The translations under genes were made by a program, and so were the position numbers. A DNA stretch of 60,741 bases, counting the filler, from Dugesia japonica (taxonomy: Eukaryota), in NCBI GenBank assembly GCA_001938525.1. It is 4 parts of 4 records of this genome, joined end to end, with 100 filler letters (N's around TTAATTAATTAA, not from the genome) between each part and the next. Parts side by side here need not be neighbours in the genome. Positions count along the whole stretch, not along the records: positions 47,692 to 60,741 come from MQRL01544174.1; 3 more parts are not named here. One strand, given 5' to 3'. A model generated the notes under the pieces. The model was not told the origin of the DNA. It ran no database searches and saw only the letters and a list, made by a program, of their open reading frames with translations. Shown in pieces: positions 50,594 to 60,741 of this stretch (position 1 is its first letter; each line of letters starts with the position of its first letter).

Positions 50594-51534
50594 CTAATTT
50601 TTATAAAATTATCGCGATATGGGGACTATTTTTATATAATTTACATGACATGGTTACAATTTTCATTTTTTCTTTTTTGTGTTTATTTTATCTGATTTGT
50701 TTACTTTTATTTTTAAAATTTACATGACGTAATTTTGTAATTAGATTATGAGTGTATAAGGTTTCCGAGTGTATGGAGTTTACGACTTTATAGGTTTAGA
50801 AGTGAATGGATATTTTGACGTGAAATTAAAACAAATATATTTTTGGCGGGAAATATAAATTTTTTCTTTTTTTAAGTTTCGGTGATGTATTTAAATAGGT
50901 CTTTTAAATCTGTAACGATTGTCACATAAATATTTACAAAATGTTGCTATTGGTTACATTGACGAGTTATCGCTTTTCAGTTTAAAAGGTGTAGTGTTGC
51001 AAGTTCTTTATAGATTTGGATGAATTTTGGCTTGAATGAAAGAGGAAGAGAGAGCAGGTGATGTTGTGTGTATAAGGATATATTTAAAAAATGAAAATCA
51101 CGACACGATAAGGATATTATTTGGTTGATCATTTTCGAGTTTCGATGGTAGATTTGAGTTGACCATTGAATTTGATCTATAGATTGTCAAAGGTAGCTAA
51201 TGGCTAAAATGTTGGCGTGTTGCATACAAGCTACTTTTGTGATGTAAAAATGAGTTTCAATTATATTTTAATGGTTTTATGAGATTAAAAGTATTAGTGT
51301 ATGGGTTAAGAGTGCATGGTTTTAGATGTCTAAAAAAGTGTATAGTGGTTAGGAGTGTATAAAGTTTAATAGGCTTTATCGCTTTAATTGAGTTTCTTAG
51401 ATTTATTAAGAATAATGAGTTTCGTGGGAATTATTAATATTTTTAGATGTATTAGGTTTTCTTGGTTGTATTTCATTGAATTAATTTGAGTTTGTTTTGT
51501 TTTTCTGGAAAGAAAAACTAAATGGGTTAGTTAA

Positions 51535-51980
51535 TATTAGTTGAGTTCGGAAAATTCATCGTATCATCAATATCAAAACTTGAATACATAACAACGATTT
51601 ATTAAAATTAAAAAAACTATAAACATAAATTTACTTTTACCAAACAAATTTAAAATTTCATATTTAAAACTGAATATATTAAATGTTTAAATTCTTAAAA
51701 TTTTATTATTATTAAATTTTTTAAAACACTATACATAATCCATTCCTGAAATTTTATATTTTATTTTATTTAAAATCTATTTTGATTTTTAAATTTCATT
51801 AATATTAACTTTTAAACACTTAACATATTTCATTCATTTAATCTATATTTTTTTATTTAAAAATCTTTATATTTTAGTAATTTATTTTATAACTTATTTT
51901 CCTGATACAAATTTAAATATACTTTTGATTTTAATAAAAATACAAAAAATTTTAATCTGTTTTTAAAAGACTATCTTATA
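51535..51980 (-). mobile_element. Gypsy solo LTR
   Basis: Minus strand TATAAGATAGT...CCGAACTCAACTAATA; 5-bp TSD GTTAA / GTTAG; contains the gag-like start MYSSFDIDDTMNFPNSTN. Confidence 0.85.
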
Positions 51981-52649
51981 GTTAGATTTATGAGTCTGTT
52001 TGGTTTATTAATTGTGTTATGCTAATTGAGATTAATAAAAATATTTGACAATGAACTACTTTATTCCTTAATTATGAAAACTAGTAAATTTTTATGTATA
52101 CAACGTTATCAAATATACATTCCAAGTAATATTATTATTGATAAGAATTTTTGAAAATCATCCTGTAAAGTATGACGGTTTAGAAATGGATGTTTCAGTA
52201 ATCTTAATATTTTTCTTTGGCATTTCGTATGCGTAAAATTCATCAAAGTGATAACAATAAAAGAAAATATCTTCGTTATTTCATCAGAAATTCACGAAGG
52301 TTTGCAGCCAAAGATATAAGGTTCTTAACAAAAGAAATCCAAATATACATGAAATCTGAAAATAAAATTGTTTTTATTTGGAGACTAAAATCTTTTAATG
52401 TTGTACATTAAACGTTATTAGATAAATTTGTTTGTTGTTTTCACTTATGTATGAGGATTATTTATTTAAAGTATTTTCAAATATAGTTAATTACAATGTT
52501 AAACCAATTAAATTTAAATTCATATTGCGTGGAAATTGCATTCGTATTGCAACAATTAATCAAATTAATACTCATATACTTATTATGGAAAAATACTATG
52601 GCCAATATATTTTTTGGAAAAATGTATTATAAATGTACAACATGTTGAA

Positions 52650-55170
52650 CAATAGGTATAAACACATCTAAAAGATTTTACATATTGCCTGCAGGACCAT
52701 TTACGTAGAATGAGAAAAGGTTACTAAAAACCATATTAAATGAACCTCAAGCTAAGAGGAAAAGAAACAAAGTAGTTGATAACTATATAATTGCAGATAA
52801 TGGAAATCTAGCAGCAATGAAAGTTCCTGAAGACGAGAAGTTATGTTTGAACCGGAAATTTTGAACGAATCAGATTACAAAAATATACCACCACAGCTAT
52901 TTAAATTGGATTGTGATCCTTTCCAGATTATAAACGAATTAGATGAGGAAGATATAGTTTTACAACCATTCATAGATGCTGAAAAACAGGAACCTGTTGA
53001 TGGTGCGAAAAATACTGTGGTAGAAGATAATATTATTTTCCTACAAAAATTCATTTTTGGAGAGGAAAATAATCAAGTTAGTGGTGTATTAAATCTCTTT
53101 GTTTCTGATGAAGATATAGATATCGAAAGAGATTTATATCGTTGCCACCAAATAATAAAAATAAATACAGCAAGTTGAAACACAAATCAAATTATACTAA
53201 CAGAAAATTTGATAGTCAAACTATTTAAGATAACAGAAAAGTTTAAAGATGTAAAAATTAAATTTGGTATCGAAGCTGAATTTATAATGGGTGACGAGAT
53301 AAAAATTGGCTTCATATCAAATCGAGTTATTTCTTTAAACGAAAACTTTTTTGATGATGGAATAAAGCAATTGAATGAAAAAATTGTTATAAAGAGAGAG
53401 CTTGGTTTCAGCTGGATACTGAGCAGAATTTTAGAAATTTATTTTAAAATCACAAAATGTAGAAAACATCAGGAAACGGTCGGGCCATAGTTACATACCA
53501 ATACCAGTCAATCTGAAAATGAAACGCGCATTGGTTTATATTATGAATGAAGATAATAAATGCTTTATTTACAGCATTTTAGCTATTCTCAATAAAAAAA
53601 TCGAGTTGATAAGAAATAAAGAAATAGAACATCTGTATATGAAAAATATATTTCAGAGTTGAATTTTGAAGAAACAGACATCCCAATGAAGTTAGATAAT
53701 ATTTGGAAATTAGAAAGAAAAAATCCAGGACTTTCAATCAATGTATTTTCATGGAATTCAAATGGGGTTGAAGATAATGATGAAGAGGTTTACAAACATT
53801 CCAATTTAGATATCATTCACAAGTTTAGAGTAGATAACAGTCAGAAAATCTATTTGTTGGTGCTAGGAAATCACAAGAAGTACCATTACATGGCCGTTAT
53901 GAATCTGAATAGACTGCTAAATCAAGATACTAAAGAAGATGTGCGAATTTGATCAAATTGGTGTTCAAATTGCTTAAATGGATGTAGACATAAATTAGCA
54001 TTTGAAAAGCATGAGATAATTTTCGAAAAAATTCAAACCGGTACAACTCTATATACCATGCCGTCAGAGAAAGATTTAGAGTTTAAGGATTTCTATAAAT
54101 GTTTGACACAGCCATTCGTAATGTATTCTGATTTTGAATCAGTTCTTCCACCAGATAAAGTACATTTCCAAATACATATGTCAGTTTCAGCAGGAATGCT
54201 ATTAGTAAATAACTTTACTTATGAAACAATATACAAGCAGTTCATTGGAGATGACTGCATATATGTTTTCTTAAAGAAAATCAAAGAAGTAAATGATAGT
54301 ATAGGGACTCCATATTACACAAAATGAAAATTTATAAAAAAAAGAAATCATTTTCTGTAGCAACAATTTGTTATTTGTGCAAGAAAAGCTAATCTGCACC
54401 AGTTTATGATCATGATCATTTCAATGGTCAGTATTAATGTGAAAATGCAACTACTCGTTGTATTTCATAATTTAAAGGGTTATGATTTGCATCATATCTT
54501 GAAGTATAGAATAAGTAAATTTCCACAATGGAACTTGAGTTGCATTTCAACAACTACAGAAAATTGTCTATTCTTAATAGTGTATGAAACTAAATTTTCA
54601 ACAATAAAGTTTATATTTTCGTATCAGTTTATAAACTTAACACTGAATTCAGTGGTAAAACCCTTAAAAGACATTCATTTGACGTTAAATGAGTTTAAAG
54701 ATTGGCAAATAACTACTTCAAAGAGGATATTTCCATATAATTATGCATCCAGTTTGCATGTTATGGTTAAAACAACAGAAATGCCACCAAAATGGGATGA
54801 AATATCAGATAAAGAGTATAAAAAGCAATGGAAATGTGGAGATTAACAGATTACAAGAAGCTTCTGGATTATATGATGGTCTATTTGAAGCTTGACGTAT
54901 ATATATATATTGGCGGATTTCTTCCAACAGTTCAGAATAAAATCAATTTCACACAACAAATTTGAGCCATCGAATTTCTTTGGCATACCAGGTATGAGCT
55001 AGGCATCAGCCTTGATTTCATTGAATAAACCGGTAGAACTGTTGATGGACAACGATATGTACACCTTTTTAGAAGGTAGAATAAGGCGTGAATTGTCATT
55101 ATTTTACCACTAGTAAAAACAATCTGTATGAATGGGCTTTTAGTCACAAATTACCATTTAAAGACTTTGA
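52650..55170 (+). pseudogene. Polinton/Maverick pPolB, N-terminal and central part, fragmented
   Basis: GFSWIL (GSGW), DNKCFIYSILA, SINVF, HY..V.NLNRLL, PFVMYSDFES, DHDHF, VVFHNLKGYDLH, IFPYNY, YLKLDV..LADFF, LYEWAFSHKLP. Confidence 0.93.
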
Positions 55171-56235
55171 AAACGCCGTCTTTTCTTGAGAATCTTTACA
55201 GAGTTCCACTTGGTAGTATACATTTACCAAGTTTATTGAGCTGAAATACTGCGTACATTTCAAAGCATCTAGCATTTCTTCTACATTTGGCATAGGAATA
55301 GCTTGTCTTTCTGTTATTTCGTTGAGCTAACTTAAGTCTAAGAATAATCGTATATCCTGTTTTTCCTTCTTCCAAACATAGATTAATGGCGTATTCCATT
55401 ACAAATTACATTTCCAGATAATATCATTATCATATAGATTCTTGATGGCATTTTCAATCTTTTCCTCTAGATTCATTGGTTGGCGATACGGTTTTATGTT
55501 AATTGGACCTCCTTTAGTGATTATTCGATGTTTTGTTAAGTTTATACATCTAATGTCCCATTTATCCGCCATTAATACATCCTCATTATTCTGAATAATT
55601 GCAGTCAGTCTATGATCTTTTTTAATTTCTAGAATCTCCATTGCATGTCTCAATCTTTCACCTGTCTGTATTTGTCTCCCAAATTTTAACTCATTGTTGC
55701 AAACAAATTTTTCTCGATGATTATTGATGTCTACCCTGCACTTTTTCTGAAGATGATAACCAAAAGTATTCTGAAATTCCACCAATTAGATCTGTTATTA
55801 ATTTCTCTACTATTATAAATTTTACTTTCTTGCATACCTCTGAAACTACAGCCTCCACACGTATCTTTCCAATCGTCTCTAATGAGCTGTTATTCACACA
55901 ATTCAATCGTTCCTCGCTTTTCTCTAACATTCTTTCTCCGAGTCTATTAAATTCTTTGATGCTCATTACATTTATTCTTGCTCCTGTATCCAACAAACAA
56001 TCAAACTATTCACCCTTGATCATCACTGAAATGCTGGGTTTCCCTTGCATTTTTTCATACAAAATTTCTACATTCTGTTTTTTTTCAATTATTCCTATCA
56101 CTTTTGCTTTGTTAACTTCTGCGTCTTTGAAACTTTCTCTTTTTAGGAATCTGTAAACCTTTTCTCCAACTTTGTTCATCTCATTCCATTTCTCGGCCTC
56201 TTGAGGATATTCAAACGGTATCTCGTTTAATGTAT

Positions 56236-56278
56236 GGCTCCGACCAACTGCTCTACTGATGGAGCCCTGCTTTTTGGG
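56236..56278 (-). promoter_or_regulatory. Putative -1 ribosomal frameshift signal
   Basis: C_CCA_AAA, 5-nt spacer, GGCTCC...GGAGCC stem; the -1 frame continues LNEIPFEYPQE...KVYRFL towards the protease. Confidence 0.75.
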
Positions 56279-57261
56279 TATTCTCTTCTTGGATCATCAT
56301 TTTCTATTATGCTCTCAGAAAATCTCTCTTTATTCTCATCATCAAATTCTTCACGAATGACATGAATCGGTTTTGTACGACTACTATCTTTTGTTTGTTT
56401 TCCGATTGTTAAATTGTATCTTCTCTCTTCTAGTCTAGGTTTTTTAATGTTTGAATAACATTCTTCTGCTCTGTGACCTGGTCTTTTACATCTACCGCAT
56501 TGAATTTCTGTGCAAATCCTTCTGACATGACCAATTTTACCACACCCAAAACATTTTGGTGGTTTATTGCCTAGACAATTTCTACTAAAATGTCCTTTTT
56601 TTGTTACAAGTCTAATATTCCACATGAGAATTCTTTGGACACTCTCTTTTTGTATGCCCATAACTCAGGCATNNNNNNNNNNNNNNNNNNNNNNNNNNNN
56701 NNNNNNNNNNNNNNNNNNNNNNNNNNNNNNNNNNNNNNNNNNNNNNNNNNNNNNNACGTGTTACACCAGCGTAACTCTTTACTACGTTAATAGGTTCTCT
56801 TCTTTCTATTTTTTCAACCAAAGATAACGTTTCTTTTATGTCTTCTACTTTCTCCAATTTTCGCATGATAATCTCTTCTTATGCTTTTCTACTATTTGCG
56901 CAAATTATTAGCATTTTTAATAAGAGTTTTTCTTTCGTCAGCTCTCCATTTGCTAAACATTTATCGACCAAATCTTCCACGTTGATAGCTTATAAGATTC
57001 TGTAAATCTTTTATTATGTCTCTCTTGTTCTCAAAAGCTAACCGTAATCTCTCTAGATATCCATCAGCGTTCATCAGCGTCTTTACATTTGCTTTCATTA
57101 AATCTTCATGAAACATACATGTTACCCAACGTTCCTGATCTTTCTTAACAACGATGTTCTTTACCTCAAAGTATATATCACATCGTTTGATAAACTTTTC
57201 TAGATCATCGCCTCTGCAAAATACTTTTGGCAACAACCTTTCTGTGATTACATCGTTGTTT

Positions 57262-57274
57262 ACCGCTGCCACCA
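57262..57274 (-). promoter_or_regulatory. Primer binding site, complementary to the tRNA-Leu 3' end
   Basis: TGGTGGCAGCGGT directly after the LTR end ...ACTAACA. Confidence 0.85.
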
Positions 57275-57615
57275 TGTTAGTTGAGTTTGGAAAACTCGTC
57301 GTATTATCAATATCAAAATCCGAATTCATAGCAATACTTTATTAAAAATCAAAACTATCACCAACAATATTTGTTAAACAAAAAAATTAAAATTTGATTG
57401 GTGATCATTTTTCAAAATCTAAAACTGTAACTTATTTATTTAAAATTAAATTTAATTTATTTCAAANNNNNNNNNNNNNNNNNNNNNNNNNNNNNNNNNN
57501 NNNNNNNNNNNNNNNNNNNNNNNNNNNNNNNNNNNNNNNNNNNNNNNNNNNNNNNNNNNNNNNNNNNNNNNNNNNNNATTAATTTAATTTATTTCAAACA
57601 TTTTATTTATTTATT

Positions 57616-59176
57616 TGTTGGGGTTTTACCCTAGGTGAGTTGATTTCTTATTTGATTAAATCTAGGCGGTCGAACTATACATAAAATAAAGTCTAAGGTA
57701 ACTGATCTGGTAAAACCCGCAATGAATTTGAATCTGGTGTCCCTAAAAATTCAGATCTTTGGAATGGAGCAGTTGACTCGAAATCTGAGTACAGACTCAT
57801 ACTCTTTTGGTTTGGGTCCATATTTCATAATACTCGCTGGAGTTACAAATCATACTTAACAGTCATAAGTCCCTTATACTTCAACTTCCAACTCGTTTAT
57901 TAGATTTTATTTTATCAATTAATGAGGTCCTAATTAATTAAAATCTATTCGTATTGACGGTTAAACATTTTTAACTGAGTTTGTTTAATTACTACTTTTA
58001 GGTTAAAANNNNNNNNNNNNNNNNNNNNNNNNNNNNNNNNNNNNNNNNNNNNNNNNNNATTATATTCTAAATTTTACTGTTACTGGTACATAAGTTTAAC
58101 AATTATAACAAACAACTAACATGACTGAATCCTGATTCGGAGCAAGCACAAGAGCATAACGTCCATCTCATTCGTTTCCAATAGTGTCTCCAGAGATCCT
58201 CTATAATAATAAGGCATCGCAATTCAGTCGGAAATCGTTGCATCATCCATTANNNNNNNNNNNNNNNNNNCTTTGGTGATACTAGAATTTTTTCCGGTCA
58301 AACTCGATATTTGTCTGGTTAAAAAGTGTTAATTTTGTGAAATTTTCATCGGTATTTATACCGGTTTCTCTTCACAACCCCATTCTGTTCATTGGTTATT
58401 TGGGGTCGTATGATTTTTCTGACGTTCCCATTGGCTTGAACGTCACGTGAGTTTTTTTTATTGGTTAATAATTTTAGATTTTGAATCTATTGAACAGCTT
58501 TCAAACCCTTGTATCTTCTTCCTGAGACTCATAACGATTTTTTAACTTAGATTTTCAAGACCTCCGATTTTTTCTTGACCAGAACCTTTTTAACTGCTAA
58601 TTTTTTCACAATGGGAAGTCGTCGTTTTTGCCATTTTTCACGAACTAATTATTTTTCTTTTAAAAATAATTTATTTTAAATTGTTCGAATTAGTTTATTT
58701 AAAAAAATGAATTATTTATTTTATTTTCTTGGTGCATCTTAGTTAATTGTTCATTTTTATGTTCATTGATTTGGTTTTAATTTAATTTCACTGTTTTCTT
58801 CATTTAATTCATTTAATTAATATTTCGTTCTTCNNNNNNNNNNNNNNNNNNNNNNNNNNNNNNNNNNNNNNNNNNNNNNNNNNNNNNNNNNNNNNNNNNN
58901 NNNNNNNNNNNNNNNNNNNNNNNNNNNNNNNNNNNNCTTTTCTTCTTTGGTCTGTTCTTTTCTGAGTGGTTTCTTGTTGTAATTTTTTGGGTTTTGTTGA
59001 TTATTTCGTTTGCTTTAACTACCAATCTCGGTTTTCCTTTTAATTATTTCCTTCTTTCACTAAAATATGTTCTTCTTAGGTCTGAATGATTCGCATTCTT
59101 TTCCGACGACAATTTTTAAACTTCGAGTCTACTTGTCGCTATTTTTATTTTCGGTAACCGGTGTTTCACCCCAACA
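57616..59176. mobile_element. Solo LTR (about 1.56 kb including gaps) nested in the Gypsy 5' LTR region
   Basis: Termini TGTTGGGGT / ACCCCAACA; 4-bp TSD TATT. Confidence 0.8.
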
Positions 59177-59949
59177 TATTTAAAATTTTATTTTATTATC
59201 CAATCATCGTTTTTGAATTTTTTTAAATTGAAACTTAATTTGTTTAACATAATTTTAATTTAATTTATTTCAAACAATTTTATTTATTTATTTAAAATTA
59301 AAATAAATTTCCGTTTACTGAAAAGTTTTAATTTATCATTAAAATAAATTTTTGTTATTTAAATTCTTTATTGAAATTTTAAATCTTTCTTTTAAACAAA
59401 AGATTTTAAAAATATGATCACCAATCACGCAAAAAATATAACTTGCTTTTTAACACATTTACAAAGATAATTTAAATTAAAAATTATTCGCAAAATATAA
59501 ATTAAAATTACTTACATATTGTTCATTATAAAGTTTAAAATATTTTTCTTAGAGACGAAAAATAAATATTATCTGTTCATTTATATAGGACACTAGGATA
59601 CGACAACATAATATAATTCGTATCTGTTTTCTAATTTATTTTCTAATTAAATTCTCAAAATGAATCTTTTTGCTATTGATTCACATTTTCTTAAATAAAG
59701 AAATGTTTTTACAAAGAACATGACATTAACAATGTCTTTAAATAAAAACATTAAATAAAGACAGTAAATAAAGATTTTATTTATTTTTATTTTAAAAAAG
59801 AAAGTGTGCGTATATACATACATATATGAATATACTTGTGTGTATGCTATATTAAAAATTTTAGTATAGAAAATAAGAAATCAATTAAGAATAATAGACA
59901 ATTGATTTTAAAAAATTACAAATAAGAATTGAAAAAATTTAAATGAAAT

Positions 59950-60258
59950 TCTTGGCAACCGCGAAATTTTATAAAAAAAATAAAAATAAAAATTTTAAAA
60001 TACAAACTTGGCAACCGCCAAGTAAAAAAATTGGGAAAAAAATAAAGAAAAATTGCTACTAAAATTTAAAACCAGAAAAGAAAAAAATTTGGCAACGGCC
60101 AATTGGAAAATAGAAGTGTTGAATAATATCAAATATTATATAATATCAAATCAGTAGAAAATATAAACCAAAAATAAAATCTTGACGACAAACAAAAATA
60201 AAAGAATTGAAATTAGAATTCAAAATAAAAAAATTAAGAACTTCGGCAACGGCCAGCA
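59950..60258. repeat. Four spaced GGCAACSGC motifs in A-rich DNA
   Basis: TTGGCAACCGC, TTGGCAACCGCCAA, TTGGCAACGGCCAA, TCGGCAACGGCCA. Confidence 0.7.
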
Positions 60259-60741
60259 GAGAAATATAGTCATCAAAAATATCTAATTCTTCTGGAACTT
60301 GGTATTATCAAATCTATCAAAAATTATCTATTTTAAACAATTCAACCAAATCTACAAGACAGTTCTTGATTAAAAAATTAGTAAATTTCTTTTATTTCTA
60401 TATTTTAATAAATTTGTTGAAAGTTCTGTTAACTTTATTTTTGCATTTTTATTAAAGGTACTTTAAACTTATTATATAATATTTTAATCTTTACACACAG
60501 CATACATCCCGGTTGTCCCAACATAGAGACAGGAGATGCTTCCGGCCTCAAAAAATTTCTCTACAAACAAATTTAACCGAAATAATAAAGTTTTAAAGAA
60601 AACTATCTTATATTAACATAGAAGATAGATAGTAGCGCACTGGATCACCTCTCCCCCACCAAAGTCATTCTTTCAAAGGTCATTGATCTAGTATACTAGA
60701 TTTTGATTTGTTGAAATAATTCAAGGTCGAATTTTCAAGGT

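Larger units (their letters stand above)
55170..57329 (-). mobile_element. Ty3/Gypsy element 5' half (gag, protease, partial RT), same family as 15760-21389
   Basis: gag with CCHC knuckles, LLDTGA protease, PINIKPYRQP RT start; 5' LTR edge at 57275. Confidence 0.95.

Noticed and set aside
46000-55170. pPolB C-terminal (46 kb) and N-terminal (53 kb) fragments as one Polinton
   Set aside because: Opposite strands and separated by a scaffold linker
59950-60258. Repeat-spacer pattern as a CRISPR array
   Set aside because: Repeats are too short and degenerate; spacers are irregular and low complexity

Overview
Very AT-rich eukaryotic DNA made almost entirely of nested, mostly decayed transposable elements. 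A planarian-like animal is a guess from composition and a 45-nt intron only. No intact host gene, RNA gene or CRISPR array is supported. Three N-flanked TTAATTAATTAA linkers (26731, 39323, 47636) look like artificial scaffold joins, so synteny across them is unreliable. Recognisable content: an RLE-type non-LTR retrotransposon (1.1-3.5 kb); three Polinton/Maverick fragments (integrase-chromodomain plus minor-capsid-like ORF next to a TBP-like gene at 7.5-9.1 kb, pPolB C-terminus at 46 kb, pPolB N-terminal and central part at 52.7-55.2 kb); hAT elements with TIRs and 8-bp TSDs; two copies of one Ty3/Gypsy family plus two related solo LTRs; a piggyBac; Penelope-like copies; mariner, Tc1 and MULE remnants; and several MITEs. 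Most notable observations: (1) a TATA-binding-protein-like gene inside a Polinton remnant; (2) a Gypsy family whose gag frame starts inside the LTR and reads through the tRNA-Leu PBS, so solo LTRs carry a portable start codon, one of which opens an in-frame 174-aa fusion with a piggyBac transposase C-terminus; (3) a conserved -1 frameshift cassette at the gag/pol junction; (4) a hammerhead-like motif at Penelope 3' ends.
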